A DNA stretch of 59,150 nt, counting the filler, from Sphacelaria rigidula (Eukaryota), in assembly GCA_964200075.2 (NCBI GenBank). It is 6 parts of 6 records of this genome, joined end to end, with 100 filler letters (N's around TTAATTAATTAA, not from the genome) between each part and the next. Parts side by side here need not be neighbours in the genome. Positions count along the whole stretch, not along the records: positions 29,629 to 39,402 come from CAXNAA020007790.1; positions 39,503 to 49,276 come from CAXNAA020007791.1; positions 49,377 to 59,150 come from CAXNAA020007792.1; 3 more parts are not named here. One strand, written 5' to 3'. Position 1 is the stretch's first letter. Every line of letters begins with the position of its first letter. Below the pieces are notes generated by a model. It made no database searches, was not told where the DNA came from, and saw only the letters and a list, made by a program, of their open reading frames with translations. Made by a program: the position numbers and the translations under genes. Shown here piece by piece: positions 38,843-52,190 of this stretch.

Positions 38843-39029
38843 CTACTTGCGACCCACAACATCGTAGTGCCAAGAGCCTGGCACGAGGACGGGGGTGGAC
38901 TTCTTGTAGGCTTGGTAATCCTTGTCGGAGTCGTATTTCTCGCCCTGCCTTTTCTCCAGCCCCTTGGTCGCGCGAGTGATGATGGACACAATCTGGGACG
39001 GGCCGATAGCGGCCAACACCCAGTGGTAC
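38843..39029 (-). CDS. DUF1295 / steroid 5-alpha-reductase-like protein, terminal exon
   Basis: Acceptor ttgcAG. The peptide 'YHWVLAAIG...TKGLEKRQGEKYDSDKDYQAYKKSTPVLVP' matches the DUF1295 C-terminal pattern LEK...KY....Y..Y...T..LIP. Ends in TAG. Confidence 0.75.
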
Positions 39030-39402
39030 CTGCAACAGGATTGACACGAGTAAGAATGAATGCGAAAACCGTGGACGATACGTGAGGGAGCCAATGCAAG
39101 AACAACAAACAACAAACATTTCCCCGCCAATAGCCCGTGCAGTATAGAATAGAAGAGCTAGAAATTGCTTCATCGATAAAACAAGCAGAGCAACAGCCAC
39201 ACGGCTGACGAGTCATGCCATGGTAGGGTTGCACCAAATACTTTTCAGGATTAATTTGTAGGAGCCTTTCATCTAAGCCAAAAAAGAACTTTGGATATGT
39301 GAAAGCACGCCATGATTAGCATTCCAACGGGCTACGAGCTGGGCCAGCTTGAAAGCTGCTGAAAGTTGCTCACACCACAGCTTCCCCAGTTTCCCGAATG
39401 AA

Positions 39403-39502
39403 NNNNNNNNNNNNNNNNNNNNNNNNNNNNNNNNNNNNNNNNNNNNTTAATTAATTAANNNNNNNNNNNNNNNNNNNNNNNNNNNNNNNNNNNNNNNNNN
39501 NN
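39403..39502. other. Artificial contig linker
   Basis: N44-TTAATTAATTAA-N44. Confidence 0.98.
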
Positions 39503-41129
39503 ATCTAGTGTGGGGAAAGCACTGTTTTAGGCTTGAACCTCATCTCGGAGTTGAACCTCAATTCGCACAATTTGTTGTTTTTTGCTGTTCCATGACGATG
39601 CACAAGGTAGTATTTTGCTCAAAATTCCTGTATGTGTCCGTCATCATTTCTACAGTGCGTATTCTATTTGTTACGGCAGGGTTTGGGACCCCTTTCCATG
39701 CTGTGAAGTGCCTGCAGGTTTCACTATCCGGCTGCAATCCTGGAGAAAGTGCGATTGAGGAGGGAGTTTTTCAAGGCTACGGTCTACCCTTCAACATCAA
39801 GCCGCCCGCCTCACGATCGAAAACCTCATCCGTTTCTTGGAAAGTGCGTTATCCTCAGATGGACGTGATGAGACAAGTCACGGTCCGCGGTGTCTAGCTT
39901 TGTTCGGTGAGATCAGGACGTGTCACGAATTGGTGGGCGTCATTCTCAACCCGCACGAGCAGGACCACTCCAAGAAAAAAAAACAATTTTGCGTTCTCTG
40001 AATATGATTGGCTGTGATCCCTTCACTTTCACGGTGACTCTCAAACATGAGCTCGAGAACCAGGCCATCAATCTGAGGTCGGTGGATCGCCGCGTGAAGA
40101 GCGTCACCGGGGACTCCACAAACGAACTATTGGACTTAAATGAAGCATGTGGAACTGCGGGCGGTGATTCTGTAGGACTCCCCTCATGAGAGTTTATTCA
40201 TCGGTTCGGTGGAATTGCCGTGGCGTTTTTGAGTGAAGGCTTCGTTTGTAACGCTTGCGGGTGATGCTTTTTGCTCGAAGCTCCTGTTGCCGGTGCAAGA
40301 AGATGCTTCGCGGGGTTTGCAATCGAAAGGGTCGTTGCTACCTTTGTGCTGGTATATTGCAATATGGTGTCCGGATGTTGTGTAAGGCGACTTTGTGCGC
40401 TTCAGGAACGTACGTGCGCGAGGCGGGAGTAGCGATCTGTAATAGAATGTGATACTGTCTTGTAGACCAGCGATGGGCTTTGTTGACATTCATGTCCTAC
40501 TTTGAACCGCTGTACGACCTGGGCCAGTCCGCCGCAATTTTGTTTCGCTCGACCAGGTTTGCACAGCGAAAGTTTCCAGACTTATGGGTTTTTTTTTACG
40601 CATCAAACCATCGATGCGAGCAAAGTGACCGAAATTTTATGAGGAGGGGGAAAGCAGAAAGTTGAGGCCGTTTGAAGTCGAAATGCCATAACCCCCACAT
40701 GAGGACGCGAAAGCCGACCTCCACACCAGCCCCAACACTATTACGAAGAAAATAGTTGTGCATTGCGTGGCAACTGGTTTCAGACCGCATGAAGTGCCCC
40801 ATGGGGACGACATTGATGGATGCTGTCCCAAGCGTAGCAGTTTCCCAGCTACTTGGTGCGCTCGGCAATTGTCATTTTGATTCGCATGTAAATATTGCCT
40901 CTTAGAACACACCCCTTTTCTGCAGGGGGCGCTACCGAGGCCTCACTCCGATCAACGACGAGAAAAAAAACTATCTTGACAAGAGTGCCCAAAAAACAAA
41001 ATCCGAGACTTTCTGCCCCTTTTTTGAGGCCTGGAGTTTTCGGGGTGGGGTGGGGGGGGGGGGGAAGGGGTTCCAAATCTCATACATGAAAAAAGTGATA
41101 ATAGAGAGCTCCGGAAAAAGTTTTTTCAA

Positions 41130-41421
41130 ATCTTAGAGTCAGAGTGGAAGAAAAAATAGCCGGTAACGGTGCACTTTCTGCTATGAAGTTTTTTTCTGAG
41201 CGATTGTTTCAGAATCAGAGTGCCGTTTGCGCCACTTCACTCTGAAAACCATTATTATCCCTCTTCAGAGCTCATAACGGAATGAAGAAGAACCACGCCC
41301 ACCTTCACCGCCATGGTCACGTCCAGTTCAAAGTCAACACACCCTAACAAGCAAAGTGGGACATTCTTCATCCATCAAAACTGGCATACTCATCACAATG
41401 AACCATTCACGAAGTAGAAAA
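41130..41421 (+). repeat. Dispersed ~300-bp repeat (second copy at 48643-48930)
   Basis: Both copies share CTTAG.GTCAGAGTGGAAG...GCCGGTAACGGTGCACTTTC...CCATTCACGAAGTAGAAAA. The sequence just upstream of the second copy (48376-48610) is related to 9737-9777. Confidence 0.75.
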
Positions 41422-42506
41422 ACTTGGCATGGCAATCAGAAGACCTGCCTCACGCCGCCATGGTATCAGCATTCGCTTGGTTGTGTTGCGTGAATATTCA
41501 AATGCTCGACGGGCACACGTTGCCCTTGGGTGCAGTTCCTCACTCTTGCTACCCTCAGCTGTAAGAAGACGGTGTGAACGTAGTCTACAACGCACAAGCA
41601 GTACTACACTTGGCTACATTGCCATTTCGTTAGAGGTCATTACTTCTTGCACCACACTTATGGGTGGTATTTTGGGAAATCATCACGATGCGGCCTTGTC
41701 TGTTGTTTGAAAGTACTGCCTACTACTGCACTCTTGTGCTGGTGTATTACTGTACAACTGAATGTCTGTACGGCATCGCTTTAGTTCACCGTATACCGCG
41801 ACGTACTGTTGTACGGTTCTGCATTGCACTCTCTATACTGTACTGGCTGTACTCTACACTGCACAGCCCTACAGCACTACAGTAACCTGTGGTGCACCGT
41901 GGTAGGTTGAAGTACTACAGGTGCAATGAAGCGTGGTGTACGGCACGTACGGTGCCGCAGGGTACTGTATGGTACAGCAAATGCTGTCTTGACTGGTGCA
42001 TTTTCAGACTGCACCTGACTGCACGCTGGGCAATCGCACATTTATTTGGCGGCACAACCTGCGGCCAATCACAGCGGGGGAAACAATCCACATCACGCCA
42101 CGTCACACCAGCTTTCGCTATGAACTTTTTAGCGTCCACTCTGAAGTTTCAACGCTTCCACTCTGCTCTCTGACTCTATGATCAGAAACAAGATCGTCCG
42201 AAACTCTCTAATAGGTAGCTCTAAATACAAGTATTACAAAAAAAATCGTGTCAATAAAGCTTTTAATTCTTCGCATACGTTCGGAGCCAAGGCCAAGTTA
42301 TGTTAATGGGTTTCAGCAATACATCGCACATCACACTTCCAGGGCTGGAACAAGACCAGGCAAATACCACAATGCTCTGCAATGCTTGCTCAATCAAGCT
42401 GAAGGCATCTGTCTGCACCGCCAATTTGCGTCCCATGTGTGTCGCATCTTTTGGATAAAAGGGTTTGTAGTATGTGGCACGGACTCGAGCAAGTCCTCAG
42501 AGGAGC

Positions 42507-44253
42507 TGTGGCAAAATCACGCCGTCACGGTTGAGTATATAGTGGATCCTGGATGATGACCAGGGGACAAGGGCCTATGGATGATCATCCTTGCTGTGTA
42601 GCCCAGGCCAGATGGTGCAGGGCTGCGGGTGTTTCACTCCGAGATAATGATAAGGTGTTGTGAAGGCTGACAACTGAGAACCTTGAGGCCAGTGGAGCTG
42701 GGGAGTCCCTCGACAGCATTCAGACGCTGCAGTAATAGTAAGCTTGCTAGCGTCACAATATCGATATTAGTGCTAGTGCTGGCGTGCTTGTAGATGCTAT
42801 CGTTTGAGACTGCTGAAAATTTTAGCAGGGAGAGTCTGGAAAAGTAGTGATTAGCTTCGGGGCACAGGGCTTCACGGACGCGTGAAGAGGCTTCAAGCTG
42901 AGTCAGCTGCAAAGGCGGCTGGCCCGTGATTGATCCAGACTGGAGACTTGCTGAAGCTGCGTACAGCGGGTGTTTATACGACCCCAGGGCTGTGTTGGAG
43001 CAGCGAAGGCAGCCGGTGTGATCTGAAGTTCGAGAGGTTTTGAGAAATCTTCGATTTTCCGCTCAAGAATGTCGACCACGGAGGTCCCGGTCATAGAGCC
43101 AGCGGATACAACCGTAACCCCAGTCGTTCTAAGGGAAGAGTTGCGGCCGCCCAGTTACGGGAGTTTGTATTCTGAGGGTGCCTCTAGATCGTTTTACACG
43201 AAATATATGGAATACAAACGGAGGGTGGAGCATGCGAATGCAGGGGGTGCGGTGAGGCATCAGGTGGTTTCGATGGCGCAAGTAGTACCAACACCCTTAC
43301 AGCGCGTCTTCGCGAGGCGGTTCCATGAAAAACATACCATAACGCCGCTGCAGTTGGCCGCAGCGATAAAGAAACACGCAGGGCATGCGGTAGGCGCGGA
43401 GGTAGAGCTTACTCAGGCGTCCGCGGCAGTGGCAAAGGCTGTCGCAATGAACCACAAGGGGAGGACCATGCGTGAGAAGGTGGAGCCCATAATGGGTAAG
43501 TTGGAAACTTATTTTGCGGAAAATTTCAACGTGGAGATGATTTATCGTTCGTCCGATGGGAAATTTCGCCCAGGGCCTGCTGCGGTAGTTACTAAAGCGA
43601 TGGTGGAGGGTCTGGCCCCGGCAGAATGTAAGCAGGCCGTGCTTGTACAGTTACAGCACGAGCCAAATTGGAAGTCAGACCCGTATTTAGTCATGGATAC
43701 GGTGGTGGTCGAAGCTCAGGCATGATGGCGGGTCGAAGTGTTCGGAAAATCATCCACTTCATCGCCGCAGCCTTCGAGCTCGCGTAACCGCGGACCAAAA
43801 TCCGCAGGCTCCAATTTTACTTGCTTTCAGTGTGGCCAGGCCGGTCACATCGCACGAAATTGCCAAACGCCCTCTGAGGGGGAGTCTGGGAAGACGAGTG
43901 CCGCGCGCCCTCACAAAGGAAAAAGCCGAGGTAGTCGCGGCGGCGGCGGTGGCGGATCCTCCAGCGATGGAGGTGCACAGTCGACTTCCTAGCATAAGCA
44001 GCAGCAGCACCAGCAGGGGCAGCGGCGTCAGCAGGGGTCTGGTTCTGGGTTCGGTTCAGCCGCAGGGGCTGCTGCTCCGCAACGGGCGGTGCAGGTGGGA
44101 CCGAGCTCTCTGGTGTCGGGCTCGGTGCCGGCGCCGTCGGCAGCAGAGCAGGGCGAGACGCCGGCTGCGGAGCCGGCCGGTTTTCAGCTGAAATTTGAAT
44201 CCGCTGCTGTGCCGGCAGGGGTACCACTGCAATTTGGTTCTGCGGGCGGGGCT
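42507..44253 (+). mobile_element. Truncated Ty3/Gypsy element (5' LTR 42507-42757 plus gag)
   Basis: LTR homologous to 20532-20823. The gag-like ORF at 43069-43725 continues past a stop to the zinc knuckle CFQCGQAGHIARNC. Confidence 0.88.
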
Positions 44254-45997
44254 TGTAGACCTAGCCACCATTGTTACCTAAGGTCAGGGACATTGTAGGT
44301 GGAGTTGCGGGTCTGATTGTTGGACTCTGTGATGATGACCTCCATGGCGAGTAGGCTTGGTTTTGCCACTCTGGTGGAGAGAGGCTATATGGTCCTGTTC
44401 TCCTGTACTATGCTGAGGGTTAATACATAAATAACTAAAAGCTACTGAAGTCCATGTGCCCGCGATGGTAGGAGTCCACATGGCAATCTGATCTTGATTG
44501 ACAGAGGTCTATAATGAACGTTCATATTAAGTCCGCTGATAGTGGAAGGTCCACTGAAAAGCAGCTGACATTTCAAGATAGGGAAGTCTGCAGGCCTGAT
44601 CAGTTTGCAGCAAACGAGACCAGCTCAAGGCGTGTTAACGTCGCGAGGAGTTAAAGAAGTAGAGCCGAGGAGGTTCTGAGGCAGTTCCTGGGTGGGCTGA
44701 AAGGTACGAAATGCGTAGGTTCGTCGTATGTGAGCAGGTATGACGCGAGTCCTTCCGTTGGTTGAAGATAAAGACATTATGCGCGCATGCATCAATGATC
44801 TTTGACCGTGGCATGTTTTTGTATGGATCATCACGTGTTTGAACGAGTTCGTGGTTGGTTTTTCGTTCATGTCAGAAGGAGCATGTGGATGATGCGTCCA
44901 TTTGTTCGAAGAACTGGTGCAGGTGGACTGCAAGAGTGTCGAGGGAATCATTATTTCTACATTTTGGCTGATGCACGGATGGGATATGACGGTCCAAGAT
45001 CCAAACGAAATATAAAGATGTCTAGGGTTTGCTCGAAAACACGAGTTTGAGAACGATAGTATCACGGGCGATGAGTGATGGCGGTGGTCGAGGTCCGTTC
45101 GCCGTCGTTGGATTTGTATGCATGACTTGAAAAGCGGTTTGAGCCATGGCTTTACTTTGATTGTCTTTATGAAATGAAGGCAAGTTGAAGCATTGGAGCT
45201 TTGACGGCGGGGAGGCATGCGATGCATACGTTTTTTACGGCGTTGCAGAAGCAAGAGGTCAGGTGCGTTTTAGACGTGTTGGGTGCATTATTTTCTTCTA
45301 GCGTGGGGATGATGTATCATTTGGCTATCGCACTCCGTTGCGCATTTTGTATGTTGAGAAAAACCTTGTCTCGGATGAGAGAGGCGATGAGTCACGAATG
45401 CTCTGGAATTTGACGTTTGCTGACATTTCCAGTTTCGTGCTGATAAAGAGTAAAGAGACTTGTTTTGGGCGAAGATTTGAGACTTTGGCGCTAGCTATCG
45501 CTTTGTAACCCGAAGTGGTGCAAGTAGCGTGATTGCATGTTCATGATGGACGATATTTTCTTGGAATCTCTTGCGAGTTGTTCGAAAGTGGGGCAAGCTT
45601 GTATGGAGCTGTTGTCGAAAGCAGCGAAGAGATTGCATTTCTTTGCGGGAAACGACGGTACTATCAGGCACCAATGATGTCTGAGTTTGTCAAGCTCTGA
45701 TGTAACTACTCGTTGGTAGTAGAGAGCTTTGGGGGTGCTGTAGACCTAGCCACCATTGTTACCTAAGGTCAGGGACATTGTAGGTGGAGTTGCGGGTCTG
45801 ATTGCCGGACTCTGTGATGGTGACCTCCATGGCGAGTAGGCTTGGTTTTTCCACTCTGGTGGAAAGAGACCATATGGTCCTGTTCTCCTGTTCTATGCTG
45901 AGGTTTAATACATAAATAACTAAAGCTGCTGAAGTCCATGTGCCCGTGATGGGAGGAGTCCACGTAGCAATCTGATCTTGATTGACAGAGATCTATA
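44254..45997 (+). mobile_element. Short non-autonomous LTR element (LTRs 44254-44513 and 45739-45997)
   Basis: Direct repeats of ~260 bp, TGTAGACC...G(G/A)TCTATA, with PPT-like TTTGGGGGTGC before the right repeat. No gag/pol is recognisable inside. Confidence 0.8.
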
Positions 45998-48165
45998 GAG
46001 CTGAACACGCTTGGGCTCCACACGCGCAGGGGGATCACCCCGCAGCGCACGACGAAACGCGTCGACGCGGCGATTCAAGATGCCGCGCAGGCGCTCCACT
46101 TTTGAGACGCTGAGGCCTTTCGCCACAGCATCCGTCACGCTCTCCTCCAGCGCGACCTTCCGAGCGGACTCCTCTTCCGCCGCATCCATAACCATGCCCG
46201 GGCCTCGCTCAACGAAGCGTTCCACCGTTTCATCCTGCGCCTGGGTCACCTGCCTCCCAGCCTCCTGGAAAGCATCCAACGACAAACTCACGCGACGACT
46301 GCTTAAAAAGGCGGGCGTCTCCACGCGTGGACCAGGCGAAGACATCCGCGTCTTCATGAAATCCCACAACTGCACATAGGGGTCAACTCCAAGATCCTGA
46401 AGCGTCGGCAACCCCAGAAGAATGACACCATCCGACCCCGGCATGATCGCAAACGAGATCGGAGGCAACGATGCCAGCCCCCAGAAAGTCGTGAAAGTCA
46501 GCTGCAGCGGAACAGTCCGCTCCGTGACGGAAACATGTTGATCCGACGCGGTGACGGCCTGCTGCGCCCCGAGCGAAAACGGAATGCGCAGCGGCACACC
46601 CGAGAGAAGACGCTCCAACATCTCCACAACCTTCACCGACAGACTTACATGACTCATGAAGCGGGCGCCAGAATCCAGCACAGCCCCAACCGCAATGGCT
46701 CCACGCTCCCGTTGGTTTGGAAGACATAGCTCCGCAGGAATGTATTTGTCCGCAAACTCCACTGGCACTTCATCCGCCGACCGATGCGCCGCTAATCCCA
46801 CTTGACGCCACGGCTGCGCAAGCTGCGCAGGCGAAGACGCTCCGGCAGGTTGAAACGGCACCGCCGGCGGGTACAACCCCCAGCCAGCAGACCAAGAATT
46901 TGGCGAACCTCCGACCAGCGCATCAGCAGGCGTCGCGCCTGGCGCTACTGCCGGTGTCGCCACCGGCGCCACCACCGGCGCCGGCGCAGTGTTCGATACT
47001 ATAGGAATCGGTCCCACCTGCACCGCGCGTTGCAGAGCAGCAGCACCTACGGCGGCGCCGGACCCAGAACCAGATCCATGCTGACGCCGCTGCCCCCCCT
47101 GCTGCTGCTGCTGCTGAGGACTCGAATGTGAAACTCCATCGCCGGAGGATCCGCTGTCGCCACCACCCCGATTACCTCGTTCTTTGCCCTTGTGCTGACG
47201 ATGCTGATGGCGCACTGCATGGGACTGCCCAGACTCTCCACCGGAAGACGTTGGGCAATGGCGCGCGTAATGGCTGACCTAGCCACAACGGTGGCAAGTT
47301 CCCGCCGCATGCCCAACATGATTTTTGATCGCAGCAACCAATTGCGGCGGAGTGATTGTGCTCTTATCATGCTCCACACGAGCAGACAGTCTTTGTACAT
47401 GCGTCGGCACTTGTTGAGTCATCGACAATACCTGATGTCGCACTGCACCCCCTGCGTTAGTGTGCTCCACACGCTTACTGTTCTCCAAATACTTGGTATA
47501 GAAGGTACGAAATGCACTGTCTGAGTACCCATCCCCGTATTGGGGAGGTCTCTACTCTTCCCGCATAACCACGGGCGCCACGCTGGATGCGGCACGCGAG
47601 CGGGTCGCCGTGACACACCTGACTACCTGCAAACCTTTCGCAGGCCAGCGGACCATCGCGAATTGCACACTTCACCCTTGCTTTGTCGCCGCACCACACA
47701 GTCGTAGGAGCCTCCAAACTCCCACTGCACGCAGCTTCAGCAAGTCTCCATTCTGGATCAGTCACAGGCCAACCGCTTTTCTGCAGCCCCCTCAGCTGGA
47801 ATCCCTCTCTACGCGTCCGTGGTGAATCAGGTTGTCCCCGGCTACCAGACTCTTCCGCCGAAATTCTTTCAGCAGGTTTCCGCTAGGTACTAGCTCTAGC
47901 ACTATCACTAATGTCGATATTGTGACGCCAGCCAGAAGAAGAACGGGTAGATCACTGCTGTCAAGGGACTCCCCATTCTCACTGGCCTCAGTTTCAGCTG
48001 TCGGCCCTTACAACATATCATTACCAGATGCGCCCTTCAAGGCAGCCTCCTCGACACGCCAGGGCATCATCCTCGTGTCCCCGGTCATTATCTAGATCAC
48101 CACTGCCAACGGTCAGTATCCAGATCATCACTATCAACTCAACGCAACGGCGTAATTTCGTCACA
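45998..48165 (-). mobile_element. Truncated Ty3/Gypsy element (LTR 47921-48165, gag remnant, protease, RT start)
   Basis: Aspartic protease motif 'AVLDSGA'. 'DAFRRALRGDPPARVEP' matches 54620-54680. The LTR ends in CGTCACA. Confidence 0.88.
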
Positions 48166-48317
48166 CGGCACAGCTTCCTAGACCCGCAGGGTATCATCCC
48201 CGTGCCCCCGGTCATTATCCAGAATCCTCCCAGAATCTTTCAGAATCCCCGTGCGCCCGCCCGGTCATGATCCAGATCATCACTACCAACTCAACTTAAC
48301 CGCGTAATTTCGTCACA
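48166..48317 (-). mobile_element. Partial LTR of the same family abutting the previous LTR
   Basis: Ends in TTTCGTCACA, contains the ATCCTCCCAGA unit, and corresponds to the 5' half of the LTR. Confidence 0.8.
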
Positions 48318-49276
48318 TCTCTGAAAGCAACATCTCATCGACACAGACGAATTGGGCCGTGATCCGCATATAACAACGTTTTCGTGAGATTGAGAGTAAA
48401 GCGCTGATTGAGAGTGGCTTCGATCATTCGCTTGATCAAAGCCATTTTTGTCATTCCATGCGTGCTTTTCTTTTTTTCCATCAGTGGCATGTGCTTGCAG
48501 CTACACGTCGATATCCTGCTCAGGGATATTTTGGAGCTGAAACGATTCATTCACTAATTGACCGCTTTTCACTCTCAATCGTATCTTCTACTCTGAATCT
48601 CACGAAAACATCAGAGAGTTTCGGAACACGTGTTTTTTCCCATCTTAGTGTCAGAGTGGAAGGAAAAACAGCCGGTAACGGTGCACTTTCCACTCTGACT
48701 TTTTTCTCAGAGCGAATTTTTGAGAGCCGGCGTGCTGTTTGCACCTCCTCACTCTGAAAACCGGTGTTCCTCTTCAGAGTTCATAGCGGAACGGAATGAA
48801 CCATGCCCACCTTCACCACCATGGTCAGTGCCAGTCCAAAGTCAATACACTCTAACATGCATAAGCGGGACATTCATCATCCATCGCAACTGCCATGCTC
48901 GTCACAATGGGCCATTCACGAAGTAGAAAAGCTTGTTTTCGTTTTCTTTAAAAACAATAATGTTTTTAGTGAAGTTTTGAGGAGAAATAAACATTGTTCT
49001 TAGGCTTTATCTCAATGCTGTTGCTCAATTTTGAGAATTGCGATTTCAAACTTAGTATCGACAACCACAGAGAAAAAATGCTGAATAAAACAAATATGGG
49101 CTTTTGTGATGAAACGCGAAGGCGCAGCAAGATATCACGATGTGCGGGTCTGCTCGTAGACCCTGAGTTCCGTGACGCGTTGTTACCGCATTTGCTACTG
49201 TCATTACTTAGGATTGTTCGGAAGCAGCCAGAGGCTGCCCCGAGCCACCTCGATCAGTTACTAGCTTGCCTTGGTC

Positions 49277-49376
49277 NNNNNNNNNNNNNNNNNNNNNNNN
49301 NNNNNNNNNNNNNNNNNNNNTTAATTAATTAANNNNNNNNNNNNNNNNNNNNNNNNNNNNNNNNNNNNNNNNNNNN
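49277..49376. other. Artificial contig linker
   Basis: N44-TTAATTAATTAA-N44. Confidence 0.98.
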
Positions 49377-50167
49377 GTGGCCACCATCTATCCCCTAGTA
49401 TAGCCATCATTTTCTCCCTACTATCTACTGCATCAAACTCTCGACCCCCCGGGGGAGGCGGCGATCGCATAAGTGTACGGGATACCGAACGTCGTGCACC
49501 CCTGGATGATACGCAAAAAAGCACGAAAAACTACATCGCCAACTACGAAAAAAGTGCGAATATCACCCCGTTCAGCTGGTAAGTACTAGAGGCGGAGGGG
49601 CGAGTGTACAAACGATGCTTGATTGACAGGGTGCATGGTATTCATGCAGAAGCGAGCATCGTGACCCAAAGATGAACGAACAACGTTTCAAGTCAAAATT
49701 GCGGAATGCTCTGTGACCAAATTCCCACCGCTGGATAATTACTGAAGAGATCACGACACGGCCCGCTCGAAATGGGGGGCGCGAAGGTGGTCAGCGTACC
49801 GTAGGGGTACGACAAGGGGTACCTTGGGGGTCCCCGTACTCCAGGTACCCTACCTACAATACCCTGCATTTTGCGGCAGTCGATGTTTCGGTTGCCCTGG
49901 AATGTACAACGTGTTCGATATTCGATGACTCAGGTATCTTGGGGTGGATGTGTAGGCAACAAATCTATCTCGTAATAGCACCACAATGGCGCACGCATGA
50001 CACGGGGATATCGGCGGTGAAGGCTTGGAAACACCTTCAAAACCAAGTTGTAGTGTTGTGGTGAAAAGTGAGTACTATAGTGCCGCAAGTTTGCGGTTGC
50101 GACTCGTTTGCAATCTCTTTTCAATCTGCAAACATATATTAGACACACATATATGGTATGCCGGTCG

Positions 50168-50235
50168 CCCCGGTGGCTCAGTTGGTAACCTCGAAACCTT
50201 CTGACGGTTGGGTCGTGGGTTTTAATCTCGGAGCA
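50168..50235 (+). pseudogene. tRNA-derived pseudogene/SINE head
   Basis: A box TGGCTCAGTTGG and a degenerate B box GGTTTTAATCTC, with no intact cloverleaf. Similar remnants lie at ~22195-22262 and ~26395-26485. Confidence 0.5.
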
Positions 50236-52190
50236 ATCTAGAAATTTTTCTCACACCATGCCCAACAGTGGAGAGCGACTATGTCGTGGGTACACAAAAT
50301 TCGACTTAAAGGTAGACGAGGGAGAGGGACTCCTGAGACCCCTCTCGCGATAAACAATAAAGGCAAGCACCGCAGAAGTAAGGTGGGGTACTAGAGAAAA
50401 ATATAAAATAGAAAGCTCCTGTGTTGACCTTCCTCCTGCGTTACCCCGGCTAGTGCGCCCACATGCACCGAAAGGTGTAGACCGGCGTCCAGAATACATG
50501 GGACGACAACACACACATACTCATACTCTGTGAATTATTCAGCACATTACATTTCTGATCATTCAGGCATTAAACCGACTAACTACGTATCGGCGCAGCA
50601 CTATTCTGTATGAACTGTACCGTAAAGTACACTAAATCGACTCTATTGCGGTTTCTTGTGCTCTCTGCAGCACGCCGTTCGCAGAAGAGATATCGTACGC
50701 TATCTGGCTCACGAAGACGAGACCAAAGGCCGGGTAGCATCTGTTGTGATTCACAGAAAAAGTGCGTGATAGACGAGGGGAGCGCATTGATGTGTTACAG
50801 TCGCATCGACGACTAACGCGTGCGCTATGTTTGTTGTGGAACCCTCATCACACGACAGCACAGAGGAGAGTCGCGTTCATCCCTCAGCCTCACTCCTTTG
50901 CACTAGCAAACGACCGTTTTCGGTCGGTCGGTGTTCGATCAGCACACCGCGGGCCAATTTCAAATGCAATGCAGTCCTTGATATAGCGTGGGGGAAGATG
51001 CCAAATTTTACAGAGAATCACTCAAGAAGAACTTCGAGTTTTGGAGAGCTGCTTTGTGCTGTGTGTCCGCATGAACCTTCGTCTACGTTCGGCCACGTGC
51101 TATTTTTGTTTGCATAGTGCAGTTTCGAGCCAAGGGCGAAAACACGTCTTGAATAAGTTTTTTTGTTTTTATCATCAGATGCTTCTCGAAGGACTCCGGA
51201 CACTGGCTTTGCAGCAGTTCATAGCGTCTCGGGTATAGAATAATATTGGTACAAGTTCGGGCGCACTGAGTACTGTCCAAAGCGAGTGATTTCCAGCTGA
51301 AATTGCCGTGCTGAAGTGCATGCCATGGGTTTCGACGCTTGACACAGCAGCCATTCCCTGCCGGATAGGGGACGGGGAACACCCGTTTACCCCCGTTTAC
51401 AAGATAAATAACACTTCGAAGTATGTTTCTGTTGCTTGCCATTATATTGCCCACAAATACCCGCACCGTACATCAGGTCTCTATCAAGAAGTACATACTA
51501 GCGCCCAGAAAAGGTACAGCTCAGCCCGACTGACGCTGCATGAGGCCCCGAGACACTGATTCAACGATACTAGAAAGCTTTCCCTCACAACAGTTCAAAC
51601 AGCGTATAGCTTACAAGGTTTAAAATAGTGTAGGTGTTCGCACCGTGAGCAATCGATTACATTGTCAAAACGTGTACTGCGTTCAGTATTGACTATTGTG
51701 TCTATGGCAATAGGCCCTAGATTCCATCCTGCACGCAGTACGCTTTTTGACGATGTAATCTATTGTCCAGGGTGTGTAGCATTTACAAGGCCGGTGCACC
51801 CACAGGGATGGTACACAGCCCGTAGCACGGTACCGACCAACCGCACTTCGATAAACGGCGCACACTTTGTGGATGACATCGCAACCTGTTTTAGTTTGTT
51901 GAATATGCATAATGATCTCACTGCACCAGGTGTTCAGGTGCACCATGCTTCGCGCTCTCTAGAGCCCATATGTATCAAAACTGTCGAAGAAAACTGGAAT
52001 CAAGATGATATTGTCTCGAATGCACAAACGCACGGACGCACGGGCGGAATAGTAAGACGCTGCACAATGACGTCTCCCTTTCCCACAAGCTGGGAACTGA
52101 CTCCCCCTAGAGCCTGGAGCATCCACTAGGGTTACTCTGAACAGCGATAACCACCAGTTAGTGCTCTGGGCTCGAGTCTTTAATGTCCCT

